From NCBI RefSeq assembly GCF_009834535.1, contig NC_045697.1, positions 38,814,001-38,878,000 of the forward strand: a stretch of DNA of 64,000 bases. The letters are read 5' to 3'. The stretch comes from Camelus ferus. Its lineage: Eukaryota. The notes beneath the pieces are model-generated. The model was not told the origin of the DNA, did not search any database, and saw only the letters and a program-made list of their open reading frames with translations. Both the position numbers and the translations under genes were made by a program. Below, piece after piece: positions 1 to 12,910 of this stretch. The number at the start of each line of letters is the position of its first letter. Position 1 is the stretch's first letter.

Positions 1-91
1 ATTAGAAATGTCTGTACTTTTAATAGCTAAATATTCAATAATACGCTATCTGTTCAGTTCAATTTATACTAATTAGATCTGCTTGATTATA

Positions 92-409
92 CAGTCAGCC
101 CTTCGTATCTGTGGATTCAACCAACCTGGATCAGGGGGAAAAAATTCCAGAAAGTTCCAAAAAGCAAAACTTGTATTTGCCACACATAGGGAAATATTTA
201 TATAGCATTTATATTGTATTTACAACTATTTACATATCATTTACATTGTACTATGTATTATAAATAATCTGGATTTAACTGTATAGGAGGATGTGCATAG
301 GTTTTATGCAAATACTATGCCATTTTATGTAAGGAACTTGAGCATCCTCAGATTTTGGTATCTTCAGGGGTCTTGCAACCAATTCCCCTCAGATACCGAG
401 GGACAGCTG
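92..409. mobile_element. MER2-like non-autonomous TcMar-Tigger DNA transposon, apparently full length
   Basis: Terminal inverted repeats cagtcagcccttcgtatctg / cagataccgagggacagctg, flanked by TA at 90-91 and 410-411; internal sequence matches recalled MER2 consensus. Confidence 0.85.
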
Positions 410-653
410 TAAACTCCTTGAGAACAGAGACTGTCAATAACCTTTGTGTCCCATATAATAACTAGTATATGGCCTTGTGCATAATAAGAATTCAACAAAT
501 TTGTGTTGAATTTAATTCAATAAACATTTACGGATTGTTGAACTGATTTCAAAAAAATTTTTGAATGCCTACCATGAATAAAAAAGTAGTTTTAGATCAA
601 TTAGCCTGATCTAAATTTATTTCACACACATGCATTAAAATTACTAAACATTC

Positions 654-1320
654 ATGGAGAAATTGAAACCCTTGTGTAGTGTTGGTGAGAATACCAGATG
701 GTACAGCCACTATGAAAAACAGGATGGCAATTGCTTAAAAAAAATCAAAAATAAAATTTTCGTATGGTCCAGCAATTCCACTTTTGGCTGTATAACCAGT
801 AGAATTCAAAGTAGGCACTCAAACAGTTATTTGTATACCCATGTTCATAGCAGAAGTATTCACAGTAGCCAAAAAGTAGAAACAACCCTAGTGTCTATCC
901 ACAGATGAACAGAAACAAAATGTGGTCTATACATACAATGGGATATTATTCAGCCTTAAAAAAGAAGGAAATTCTGACACATGCTACAACATGGATGAAC
1001 CTTGTGGACGTTATGCTAAGTGAAATAAGCCAGTCACAAAAGGACAAATACTGTATGATTATACTTTCATGAGGTACCTAGAGTAGTCAAATTCATAGAG
1101 ACAAAAAGTAGAATTGTGGTTGCCAGGGGCAGGGGGAAAGGAAAATGGAGAGTTATTGTTTGATGCGTACAGAGTTTCAGTTTTACAAGTTGTTTGGAAA
1201 TGGATGGTTGTACAACAGTGTGAATGTACTTAACTGTGCACTGAACTGTACACTTAAAAATGGTTCATATGACAAATTTAGTTATGTGTATTTGACCACA
1301 GTAAAAAAAAGTTTAAAAAA
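654..1320 (+). mobile_element. Old L1 3' end (ORF2 C-terminus and 3'UTR remnant)
   Basis: Typical L1 motifs ccagcaattccactt, acatggatgaacctt, atgctaagtgaaataagccagtcacaaaagg; A-rich end. Confidence 0.85.
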
Positions 1321-1349
1321 CCCCCATTCAACATCTATAGCATTGTACA

Positions 1350-1790
1350 GGCACAATTCGTCAATACTTGGTATTGTCAAACTTTTTCATTTTTGCCAGT
1401 CTCATGGAGTTAAAATTTTACCTCATTCTAATTTGCATTTCCTTAATTATTTGTGAGCTTGAACATTTTTTGAGATGTTCACTGGTTATTAGTTTTAAAT
1501 GAGTTTTATTCTTTGAAATGAATTTCCATATCTGTAAATTGTTTTTTTAATATCTTTCCCCAAATTCCTATTAGGGTGTTTATCTTTACTCATTTGAGCT
1601 GTAGGGAGTCTCATATCTTTTGGAAAAACAATCCTTTGTCAGTTACATACATTACAAATATCTTGTCCAGCAACCTGTTGGTTTATCATTGTACTTTGTT
1701 TATGGTTCCCATTTTTATACATAGGTTTTCATTTTTAATAATCAGATTTGTCAATACTTTCCTTTGTGGTTTATATCTCTTCATCAAATG
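1350..1790 (-). mobile_element. Degenerate antisense L1 fragment
   Basis: Motifs such as ttaatttgcatttccttaat and tgaacattttttt resemble reverse-strand L1 ORF2. Confidence 0.6.
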
Positions 1791-3294
1791 AAATAAACAG
1801 AGCCATTCAGTGTCAAGTTTATAACTTTTACTGGGTTTAATAATGAAAGGTTTGAATACTCTAGTTTAAGGGTAATCTATATTTACTGATACTCCTTGGC
1901 CAAAGTAATCTATGCTTTTAGATGACTCACTGGTTTAAGTTATAAGTATTTTTTAAAAGTCATCTTACTATCTTTACTCTTTGAGTGATGACCTCTATTA
2001 AGGCACAGTTATGTAAGGGTGGGCTATACCTGATACTTATCCCTGATGTGCTTTTATCATTACAGAGAGCCCCTCCTCCCATCCAACACCCTTTCTCTCC
2101 TATTGTCTTCTCGAATTCCCTCAGTGAATTTTTTAGGCTTGAGACATTGTCCACATGTTACTGGATTCATGAGCACAGTTGTGAAATTCACTGCAGGCTC
2201 TAGGACTAAATGAATTCAGGTTTCATACAGGTAATATATTAGGATGACCAGAAAGTTATAACACATCAGGAAAAGCCTCACAGGCTCCAAGTGATGGAAT
2301 TTGATAGGTTCATAGTGGTACAAGAAAAAATAACACAATATTGGAACACTTCCAGAGATTTTTAAATGATCCTTTAAAACTTAGGGAGAACACTATAAAA
2401 CAACAAAAGGCCAATTACAAATGCAATTTTAAGAGCGAAAATGCTTAAACTTTTGCAAAAGACTTAAAAATTATAACTGAATCTGTGTGTATATTTAGGA
2501 AATGGAATATCAGAGGTTATTTGCGTAAATAATTCTTGTTGTGTAAGAGGCAAAGAAATATGTTTTGACCTTAGCATTTTGACCTCAAGTAGGTTTTGAC
2601 CTTGGCATGCAGCATAAGCACACGTTTCCTTTCTCCTCATTTTAATCTCTCTTCTCTCTGCCTCTCCCTGTGGATTTTCCTCCTTTAAGCCTTTCCCACT
2701 TCTCCCTCTTGTCCTCGTTCTCTCCACCTGTTCCTCCTCTTTTGGTCTCCGTCACCCACTAGTCCACTTTCTAAATTCACTGCCTCCCTGATCCTGTCTC
2801 CGTCTTCCTCTACCCCTCCAAATTTGATCCATAATTTTTTGTTCAGTGGAAATAATGGTCACAAAAGAAAACTCACATTTGGCAAAAAATATGGACACAA
2901 ACCAATTAATGAATCAAATTTCTATTGTTAAAGACAAATTAAAAGTAATTGATCCTTTTGAGAATGATCTTGGGAAAATAAAGACAAAATGGAAAAACAA
3001 AATTAGAAGCAGTTTGACTGCTCTGTTTAGGAAATTGATTAAGGTATTGTATCAGCTTAACTTTATTTCAGAAAATACTTTTTTGATGGTAACTCATAAA
3101 TGCTGGTATAATTCTGATGAAAATCCTTATATTCAAACAACCACTAGAATCATAATAATGGGGTTACAATATCCTCCATATTACAATGGGAGTGGGATCA
3201 TTGAGAGCAATAAAGGAGAGTAGTAAATGTATTTATCCAAAAAGATTGCAAAATGACCAACTTTTTCTCAATTCTTTTCCCACTCTTGGTGAAG

Positions 3295-3474
3295 GATCTT
3301 GAAGCAGCCTATCACATTACAGATATTCATGAAGCTTTGGCATTATCTGAGGTGGGAAATGACAGGAAGATGTTCTTGTTTGGAACCCAGGTGACTGAGA
3401 ATGGCTCAGAGATACCCTCTGTCATGCAAGATGCCAAAGACCTGATTGCACAGCTGGCTGCAGACATGCAGTGA
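3295..3474 (+). CDS. ARL9: ADP-ribosylation factor-like GTPase 9, last coding exon
   Basis: Pyrimidine-rich acceptor ending aag at 3294, then DLEAAYHITDIHEALALSEVGNDRKMFLFGTQVTENGSEIPSVMQDAKDLIAQLAADMQ*, recognised as the ARL9 C-terminus following the NKQD motif; ARL9 lies directly upstream of THEGL in human. Earlier exons not seen in window. Confidence 0.93.
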   Translation, partial: DLEAAYHITDIHEALALSEVGNDRKMFLFGTQVTENGSEIPSVMQDAKDLIAQLAADMQ

Positions 3475-3556
3475 TCAGGCCCAGGCCCACTGCGAGGCTC
3501 ATGATTTGAATGTCACCAAGGAGTGGCCATCTGGAAGCCAAATGTTTCCACTTTCA

Positions 3557-3792
3557 AATAAAAAATAAGCCATTTACTATTTTCTCAATGTGTGGCATAT
3601 ATACATATATAAAATAATGTTAATTAAGAGCATCACTTTATTTAGATTTTGAACTTTAAAAATATTGGTAAAATAATGTATTTGGGGGGATTGGATTTTT
3701 AATCAATAAAATTAAAGTGAACATTAGCAAGCATTTATCCCATTTGTAGTTTTTTCAGTGACATGGGATTTATATTAAAATATTTTAATAAA
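3557..3792 (+). terminator. Candidate ARL9 polyadenylation signals
   Basis: AATAAA at 3557-3562, 3705-3710 (followed by ATTAAA and a downstream T-rich tract) and 3787-3792; the site used is unknown. Confidence 0.6.
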
Positions 3793-4149
3793 CTCCTCTT
3801 CTCAAGTAAAAATCCTATCTTTCCTTTAAGTGGGTCCATTTAACATTATAGGGAAAGAAATATTAGGATAGGGCAATGAGAAAAGTAAATACTTTCACAC
3901 CCGTATAGAAGTATACATGAATGGCATTCAGAAAAATTTAGGAAAGGCTTCTTTTTAAAGAAACTGTTACACTAAATGAGGAACACTGTGGGGATTTATT
4001 TTTTTAAATTCTTGACATTTTGTTTTTTTATATGGATAAGCTTTCTTTACTAGAAATACTTTGTAAGGGTGATAACTCTATTTACCTACAGCCATGCTAT
4101 AAATCCAACTTTTAATCTTAGTGTCTTGTCTTGATTTTTTTTTTTTTTT

Positions 4150-6414
4150 AAAGACTTCTGGTCCAGCATGTAAGTAGCTTGGAAGCCACCATTTCATCCT
4201 AACAAGTAAAAAGCTGAATAGACTGAACAATCAACATTGGAGAGACCAACAGGAGAATACAGAGAATAACAATTTACCAGACCAGAGACCCATAACAGGA
4301 AACTGCCGGTGGGAAGCAATGCCAGAGTATAAACACCAGGACTGTAAGTGACGAATTGCTGGATGATCAAAGTTGATTACTTTGAAGATTAAAAACTCCA
4401 GGGGATTGGGAGGGTATAGCTCAGTGCACAAAATCTTGGGTTCAGTCCTCAGTACATCCATTAAAAAAAGAGAAAAAATTCAGGGGAACCTGGTCATAAG
4501 TGGGTCCCAAATTTTGTGAGATTTACCTCTAGGATCTCAACCAGATACCTGCAGTAAATATTAGAGGAAAATCCCCTGGTGCTTCCAAGCGAGAGAAAAA
4601 AAAATTTTTTTTAAATACATCAAATCACTCTGTCCGTAACAAGGTCTGCCCTCAGAGGAAACTAGTTAACCAGAAGCTAGCCTGCTGGGATATTACCAGA
4701 GCCTAACTGACCTGGCGGAAGGGAAATAGCCAACTCCAGCCCACTCTAGCCATCCTGTCCCACCTAAAGATGGAGAAAACTAAGACAGAAGTGTGAAATT
4801 TGCAGTCCAGAGGCACAGAGTCACTAAAAGACTGAGACCTAATCTTAGGACTATAGAGCGCTCCCCTCCTGCCACACCTCACCACTGCATTACTAAAGGT
4901 TTGTTTTACAGCAGTTCTTTTTCACTGTACATCATGCCTGGCTATCAAGAAAAATTACAAGACATACTAAAAGGCAAAAAACACAAACGAGATAGAGCAA
5001 GCACTGTACAGAAATGAAGAATGTGTTTGATGGGCTTATTAATATAGCTAAGGAAAAAAATCTCTGAGCTTGAGGTTATCTCAATAGAAACCTCCAAAAC
5101 TGAAAATCAAAGAGAACAAAGGCGCTGGAAAAAACAGGACAGAATATCCAAGGACTGTGGGACAACTACAAAAGTTGCAACATGTGTGTAATGGGAAACC
5201 AGAAAGAGAGGAAAGAAAGGAACAGAATAAATATTTGAAACAATAATGACTGAGAATTTCTCCAAATTAATGTCAGACACCAAACCACAGACCCCAGAAG
5301 CTCAGAAAACACCAAACAGGATAAATGCCCCCAAACTGCCCATAGGCATATCATTTTTAAGCTACAGAAAATCAAAAATGAAGGGAAAATCCTGAAAGAA
5401 GCCAGAGGAAAAAAAACACCTTACCTGTAGAGGATCAAAAAGAATTACATTAGACTTCTCAGAAACCATGCAAGCAAGAAGAGAGTGGAGCAAATTATTT
5501 ATAGTGTTGAGAGAAAAACCCATCAACTTAGACTTCTGTATCCTGTGAAATCCTTCAAAAGTGAAGGAGAAAGACTTTCTTAGACAAACAAAAATTGAGG
5601 GAATTTGTTGCCGGTACTTCTGCTTTGCAAGAAATGTTAAAAAGAAGTTCCTCTAAAGAAATAATGATGTAGGTCAGAAATTTGGATCTACATAAAGAAA
5701 GGAAGAAGTGAAGGTAAAATTAAAGCTTTTATTTTTCTTATTCTTAATTGAGCTAACAGATTACAGTCTGTTCAAAATAATAATAGAAACTATATTTGAC
5801 TATATGTTATGCATGCATATATGCATATCAATGATATGATAGCAATAATACAAGGGATGAGACGGAAGAATTAGGATTATTCTGTTACTATAAGGCAGTG
5901 TCACTATCCATGAAATGATATAGTGTTGTTTGAAGGTAGACTTGGATTTGTTGTTAATATATATTGCAAACTCTAGGACAACCACTAAGAAAATAAAAGA
6001 AATTATAACTGATAAGCAAAGAAAGGAAAGGAAATGGAATCAAGTAAAATGCTCAGTTAAAACCACAAAAGGTAGACAAAGAGTAGAAGATAAAAATAAA
6101 CAAAGAACAAAGACAACAAATAGAAAACAGTAACAAATATGATAGCTATTAATCCAACTAAATCAATAATAACTTTGAAGGTCAGTGGTCTAAAGGCACC
6201 AATTAAGAGATTTGTCAGACTGGATCAAAGATCCAACTATATGTTGCCTACGAGAAACTCACTTTAAATATAAAAAGACATTAGATTAAAACCAAATGAA
6301 TGGAGACACTAATGCTAACACTAATCAAAAGAAAGCAGGAATAGCTATATTAATTTCAGACAGAGAAGACTTCAGAGTAAGGGAAGTTATCAAGGATAAG
6401 GAGAGGAATTACAC
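4150..6414 (+). mobile_element. Old L1 (5' region, degenerate ORF1, start of ORF2)
   Basis: ORF1-like motifs (gaagctcagaaaacacca, cagaaaccatgcaagcaagaagagagtgg) and ORF2 endonuclease-like motifs (gatccaactatatgttgcctacgagaaactcac). Confidence 0.85.
4408..4472 (+). mobile_element. Internally deleted tRNA-derived SINE (camelid vic-1-like)
   Basis: gggagggtatagctcagtg...tgggttcagtcctcagtac plus A tail; imperfect TSD aaaaactccagggga / aaaaaattcagggga. Confidence 0.75.
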
Positions 6415-7635
6415 CTAATGCACAAGCTACAAAATAAAAAACAAGTGAGACTACATCAACCTAAAAAGCTATACAGCAAAAGAAACCATCAACGAAATGA
6501 AAAAAGAACCAACGGAATGGGAAAAATATTTGCAGACCATATATCTGATAAGGGGTTAATATTCAAAATATATAATGAACTTATACAACCCAATAGCAAA
6601 AACAAACAATTAAAAAATGGGCAATGGACCTGAATAGACATTTCTTCCAAAGAAGATATGTGTATGGCCAACAAGTGCATGCATGAAAAGATACTCAACA
6701 TCACTTATCTATAGGGAAATTCAGATTGAAACAACGATGAGGTGTCCCCTCATGCCTATTAGAAAGGCCATCATCAAAAAGACAAGAGATAACTAATGCC
6801 AGCCTGGATGTAGAGAAAAGGGAAACTTTGCGTACTGTTGGTGGGATTGTGAATTGGTACAGGCAGTATGGAAAACAGTATAGAGGTTACTCGAAAAATT
6901 AAAACTAGAACTACCATATGATCCAGCAATTCCACTTCTGAGAATATATCCAAAGGAGATGAAAACACTGACTCAAAAAGCTGTCTGCACCACCATGTTC
7001 CTAGTAATTTACAATAGCCAAGACGTGGAAACAACTGACATGTCCATTGATGGATAAATGGATAAAGAATTTGTAGTATACACATACATACAATAGAACA
7101 TGATTCAGCCATTAAAAAAAACCAAACAAATAAGGAAAGCCTATCATTTGCCACAACGTGGGTGGACCTTGAAGGCATTATGCTAAGTAAAATAAGTCAG
7201 ACAAAAAATACTGTATGATCTTAGTAAAATATGGAATTTAAATGAACACCAAACTCAAGAAAAATAAATCAGATTTGTGGTTACATGCGGGGGTGTGATT
7301 AGAGGAAGGTGGTCAAAAGATACAAACTTACAGTTATAAGATAAATAAGTACTAGGGATGGACCATACAACATAATAACTACAGTTACCACGTCTGTATG
7401 ATACATAGGAAAGAAGAGAGTAGATCCTAAGGGTTCTCACCACAAGGAGAAATTTTTTTCTGTTCTTTTTATTGTATCACTAGATGATGGATGTTAACTA
7501 AGCCTTTTGTGGTAAACCATTTTACCATATATGTAAGTCAAGCCAAGATGTTGTACACCTTAAACTTATACAGCGATGTATATCAATTATTTCTCAATAA
7601 AACTGGAAAAAATAAAATATTGTAATTTTTAAAAA
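6415..7635 (+). mobile_element. L1 3' end (L1MA9-like) nested within the older L1
   Basis: ORF2 C-terminal and 3'UTR motifs ending caattatttctcaataaaactgg plus A-rich tail; host L1 ORF2 resumes at ~7648 (aatgataaaggggtcaa). Confidence 0.8.
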
Positions 7636-7829
7636 CACGGGAATACCAATGATAAAGGGGTCAACTCTCCAGGAAGATATAATGATCCTAAACGTGAATG
7701 TGCTTAAAAATAGTGTTAAAATAAGCGAAGCAAAAACAGCTCAGATCAAGAGCCCGCCCCTTTTCTCGGCGGACTGCCTATGGCTCTTCTCAGAGGACAA
7801 GGCCACCGCGGGCCCCTGCAGCGCCGCGC

Positions 7830-7843
7830 GTCCCCTTGGCAAC
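7830..7843 (+). promoter_or_regulatory. RFX X-box motif
   Basis: GTCCCCTTGGCAAC approximates GTNRCC(N0-3)RGYAAC, 165 bp upstream of the ATG of a sperm flagellar gene. Confidence 0.65.
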
Positions 7844-8007
7844 GGGAGAACGTGCGGGGGGGGGTGTCCAGAGGCGGGGCTTGTCGGGCACGGGCTGTGT
7901 CCAGGAGGGGCGCGCTGCGGCGGGCGCGGGCGGCCCGCCCATCCCGCCCCCATCCCACGGAAAGTGAACAAACCCGGCCGTTGCCCCTCGGGAGCTTCTG
8001 GGCATCA

Positions 8008-8464
8008 ATGGAGAGCCAAGAGTTTTCGGGTTCTTCTGTGCTGTCTGATGGGCGTGACACGACAGAAATATCCGCTCGCTCCGAAGCCCTTCCGAAGCCC
8101 TTTGTAGTCAGGATATTCGACATGCACACCAGGCCTGAGGAGTCTGAGGAGCCGGGCTTACCCGAGGAGTCCCAGGAGGCGGACGAGCAAGACCAGCGGG
8201 ACGAGTCCGAGGACTCTGAAGGGTCCAACGAGATCCCCAAGCCCCACGAACCCTATGAGCCCCACAAGCCCCAGGCACCGTACGAGCCTCATGCACCCCG
8301 TGAGCCCCGCAAGCCTCGCGAACCCCGTAAGCACCAAGGGCCCCATGCTTCCCAAGAGTACCGCAAGCTCCATGAAGCCGAGTTGCTTCCCAGAGCCGGT
8401 GTGATGATCTCCCCATCTCTGATAACCAGATTCCCGCCACAGATTCCGCCATCTTCCCTGAGCG
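8008..8464 (+). CDS. THEGL: THEG-like / sperm microtubule associated protein 2-like, coding exon 1
   Basis: MESQEFSGSS...EQDQRDESE...ELLPRAGVMISPSLITR resembles recalled THEGL N-terminus; donor G|gtaggt, phase 1. Confidence 0.9.
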
Positions 8465-9059
8465 GTAGGTTCTGGGGCCTCTGGGGCACTCCCACCCCAT
8501 CAAAAACAGGGGATTCTAATGGAAAGGTTTGCCTGCAAGGGCCTATTTTGTTTTAAAGGAAGATTAACACTTGTGTGTTTACTTGCTGCTTTGCGGTGTT
8601 CTGTCTTTGGACCCCAAGGAACTCTGATAGAAGTTGAGACTGGCAATGAAACTGCATCTCTTCCCTCTCCCCTCTGCCCACCTGATGACCTCCTAGCTGT
8701 CCTTAATTTATCGCTGTCACTTCTTTTTGAAGCCCTTCTTAATTAAGTCTTCTGTACAATTAGTCCTTGTAGTCCTCTGGGTTGCCACTTTGAACATACC
8801 TCTGTTACAGCACTTAAGATTTTATATTCTATCATCTTTCTCTTCAATTAAGGGGAGGGATCATTGAAGGGAGGATATTTTTGTTAGTGTTTGGCACTTG
8901 GGGGCGTTCAACAAATGCTATTACATTGTTAAAGATGTGGTAACAAAACACTTATCGAGCAAGAATTCGAAGACTGCATTTGCTAAATGCTTACTGTATG
9001 CTCTGTCTTTACGGAATTCATAAGATAGCAAAGCCCATGGGACTTGGGTATAAACATCC

Positions 9060-11720
9060 TTTGCTCTGACAACAGCAGCTCACTTATGACCTCTCACTGC
9101 TGACCCCACCCAGAAAAATTCCTTGTCCACATTGGGCTCCCAGTCCCTTGGCTAACCACGTTATATGTCATCTCCTTGACTCATCTATCAGCATCGATTC
9201 TATGGGCTGTCATTTCAGTTGCTCACTTACAAGATCTTCCACCACCCCACTGATTTTTTGGCTATCCGTCAAACTTCTCCTGGCAAAACCAATCACCTAC
9301 CCTCTGCCTATACCTGAGCCGCTGACTCTTCCTGTACAAAATCACACAATCTTACTGACGGCTTTTATTTCAGTTTCATGACAACAAATCTCAACTGGTC
9401 ACTTGGCACTGCCTAGCAAGCCTACTTTATTCACCTAGTAAGTTAATTCTTCTAATCTTTGAGAAGATGACTAAATGCCTTCCTGACTCTCTTCCAATCT
9501 TTACACCTTTGACCCTGAAACAGCTGAAGACTTTGCCTCACACTTGAGAAAACAGAAGCACTGTCATGAACTCCCTTATTTTCTTACCGCTAATCTATTG
9601 CCTTACTCAAATCCACACCCATGGATTCTGTCTTTTCTCATATTTCAGGGAAGAATTGTGCCTCTTTTCTGTGAAAGGCAAAATCCTCCACTTGTGCTTT
9701 GGATTCCACTCTTGTCTCCTGAAGAAATTTGTTCCTGCAGGTTATCCCCTCTCTCCTACAGCATCCTTTTGTCCCTTTTAATGAGTCAGTTCCATGAGCA
9801 TACACATATACTCTAGAATCTTCTGTTTCGAAATAACCCTTGACCCACCACCCTTGATTCATCCAGGTGGCTTGGGTCAGAAACCTTGGAGTCATTCTTG
9901 ACTCCTGTTTTTCCTCAAAATCTGCCTCGAAACCATTAGCAAGCCCTAATTTTGAAATATATCATGATGATGACCATTTCATAACATCTAAACCTTCATC
10001 ATCTTTGTAAGCCACTATCATCTTATGGTCTGCTGCAATAGCTTCCACTCTTGCCCCCTTCCCTCCCCCTGCCCCATTCCCACCAGTTCATGCTCATTTA
10101 GCAGTCACAGGGATCCCTTAGGACATAAATTATGTGCACCTCTCCTGCTCTCACTCTCCAGAGGGGATTCTCATCTCACATAGTTTGTAATCTAAAGCCC
10201 TAAGCAGGCCTATAAGGCCTCACATGCTCCAGCCTGCCTCCAGCCTGCCTCCAGCCTCCTGTCTCTGCTCTCCAGCCACGTGGACCTCCTTGTTCCCACC
10301 TCACAATTACTTCACTTGCTTTTTCCTCTCCCAGGACACTCTTCCCTCAAGGATTTGTCACCTCCTTGTAAAGGTGTACCAGATCACTGTCCAAAAGACC
10401 CTCTTTGTCCTGCTCATGTTCTTTAAGGTGTTTCTCTGACTGCATCAAGTATCTATTTGTTTACTGTTTACATTAAGCTCTCAGAGGGCAGAAGCTTTGT
10501 CTTCTCCACTATTTCATCCTCAGTTCCTCAAGCAGTGCCTGGAATAAGCCAGAAGCTAGCAGTTATTATTGAATGAAAGATCTCTTCATTCAGCCTCTGT
10601 GTCACCAAATCCAGTGTTTTTTTCTTCTATCCTTAAATACTGCTCAGAGATCAAATAAGATACGACTAATAATGGCTAACACCTACTGAGGACTTGCCAT
10701 ACCAGGTACCACAACTACAGTAAGTCCTCAGTAGGTGTTGGCCATTATTAGTAGTGTCTTATTTGACCTCTTAGCAGCAGCATTTAATACAATCAACCAC
10801 TCCCTTTTTGAAACATATACCTCCTTCTCCTGGCCTCTATGACACCACAATCTCCCAGTTTATCACCAGCCTGACTGCTTGCTGCTTCTTGCATTTGGTG
10901 AATCCTCCCTGTTTTCCTGAACTCTAAAGGGCTCCAGCCTGACCCTTTTTCTCTTTATTTACACTGTTCCCCTCCCCTCTCCCAAGTGGTCATATCTACA
11001 CTCCTGGCTTTGAATAGCATCTTTATGCTGCTGCCTCCTAAATTTGTATACTTCAGCTCCTCTCTCTCCATTTGGATATATCATAGGCTTCTCAAATGGA
11101 ATATACTTTGAGACAGAAGTCTTGATTTTTCTTCTCAATCTTTGTTCCTCCCTCAATCTTCCAATTGGATGCTTCCAGAAAATAGTATCCAGTTGCTGAA
11201 GCCTCACCTCCCACCGCAAAAACAAACAAAAAACCCTAACACCTCAAACTACCATTTCTCCCTGATTCCTCTTTCTTCACCCTCAAATCCAATCCGAGTT
11301 CTGTTAGTTTCCTCTTCAGACCATTTCACTCATTTTCTCTGCTAACACCATCATGCCATGCACAGTCATCTCTCACCTGGATTCTACGTTAGCGTCCTGA
11401 GTGGTCTCGCTGCTTCTGTCCTTGTGCCCTGCAAGCTCTCTACTACCTCAGCCAGAGTGGGTATTTGAAAAACCGAATTGGATCACATTTCACCCGTACT
11501 GTGTTGTCCTCCAGGGGCTTCCCGTTGCTCCCAGGATAAACCCAAGCTTTTCGTAGGGGTCTCTAGAGCCCCACGGGCTCCCTGACCTCGCCCCCTACCT
11601 CTGTCCCTCCTGCTCACTCTGCCCCAGTCACACTGGCTTCTTTTCTGTTCCTCTGAAAGGCCTGCCCCATACTTGTCCCAGCTTCATCTTGATCATGTTA
11701 CAGAAGGCTTTACTTGTAGG
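9060..11720 (+). mobile_element. Cluster of L2 fragments
   Basis: L2-like motifs (aaccttggagtcattcttgactcct, ttgacctcttagcagc, catctctcacctggat, 3' end ttattgaatgaa at ~10575). Confidence 0.75.
10633..10787. repeat. Long imperfect inverted repeat (arms ~63-66 bp, 26-nt spacer)
   Basis: Left arm 10633-10695 is the reverse complement of 10722-10787; inner 31 bp differ at one position. Confidence 0.95.
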
Positions 11721-12719
11721 TGCAGTGGAATCCCTGTGCCTTAGTCCCCATCTGGAAGGGCAGCCTTTTAATTGTGGCTCCTGCCAGCAGATGGCAGCCT
11801 TCCCCAGCAGACAGTTCGGAGCACAAGCCTGATCGTCAGTTTTGTTAGCTCCAAGGGCAGCCTGAGCAGTGTGGCTTGTGTGCTATGGAATAAAACACAA
11901 ACATTTAAAGGGCATAATGCAGCCATAATGTTCTTTTTTTTAAATCGAAGTATTTTTGATTTACAATGTTGTGTTAGTTTCTGGTATAGAGCATGGTGAT
12001 TCAATTATACAAATATTCTTTTTCGTATTTTTCATTATAGGTTATTACAAGGTATTGAGTATAGTTCCCTGTGCTGTACAGAGGACCTTGTGTTTATCGT
12101 AAGTTCTGATGATCTCCTGGAGGGAGATGCTACTCATTATCTTGCTCAAAATCTTTTGGGGCTTCTTCCTGTTGGCCGTGGAATAAGGGCGAGACTCCTC
12201 CAGGGCTGGTGGTGATCTGGCCCCACCACAAATCCTTTCCCTGGCTCCCTTCCCTCCATCCACCCTGACCACTGTCTTGATCTGCCTTTCTCTTGATTCC
12301 ACCTCAGGGCCTTTACAGTTGCCGTTTCCTCGGCGTGAAACGCTCTTCCTCCCTCATCCCACTTTCTCCCCTCAGGTCATAATATATCTGGCACCTTCTT
12401 GTCTTTCATTTCCACAGCTACAGTGTCACTTCCTCCAAAGACACTTCCCTGATTGTCTCCCTAAACTAGGTGCCGCCTGCCTACTGCATACAGAACATCA
12501 TGCTGGTTTATCTTCTTCCTGGTACTTACCATCGTCTGAAATAGTTCACTTGCCTATGGTCTGTTTGTCCACCTGAAAGGCAAGCTGCATCAGAGTAGGA
12601 CAGGAACTTTATCTCCACCCTTCTCTAGTCCGAAGCTTAGAACCAATGGATGAATTCCACATGAAAGTCATTCATGTGGACATTGCCTACATTCACCCAG
12701 TCGTTACTGAGCTCGCAGT

Positions 12720-12910
12720 AACTTATGTCTATTGAGTGTCCTACATACTTAACATCATCTGATTTTAGCTTTAAAACAACCCTTCGGAGTAAGTACTATT
12801 TGTGTCCCCACTTTGCAGATAAGGAAACTGAGGCAGAGAGGAGGTAAGGGACTTGCCAAAGGCCACACACACAGTAACAGAGCAGAGATTGAGCCCAGAC
12901 AGGCAGTCCC
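12720..12910 (-). mobile_element. MIR SINE
   Basis: Core motif cccactttgcagataaggaaactgaggcagagagg...acttgccaaaggccacaca. Confidence 0.75.

Larger units (their letters stand above)
7745..8470 (+). promoter_or_regulatory. CpG island promoter and first exon of THEGL with GC boxes
   Basis: Abrupt GC/CpG-dense stretch in AT-rich background; GC boxes cccgcccc at 7753 and 7943, gaggcggggc at 7871. Confidence 0.88.

Noticed and set aside
489..615. Short palindromes (aattcaaca...tgttgaatt; tttagatca...tgatctaaa)
   Set aside because: 9-bp AT-rich arms, explained by abutting L2-type ends or chance
2846..3223. 125-aa ORF upstream of the ARL9 exon, preceded by a pyrimidine tract and AG
   Set aside because: AT-rich intronic sequence with no GTPase motifs; not needed for the ARL9 frame
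7649..8503. Several overlapping ORFs on both strands around THEGL exon 1
   Set aside because: Expected by-product of a GC-rich, stop-poor CpG island and 9-bp repeat; only the frame from ATG 8008 splices into the gene
10227..10257. ctccagcctgc repeated about three times
   Set aside because: Ordinary slippage inside an L2; no spacers, not CRISPR-like
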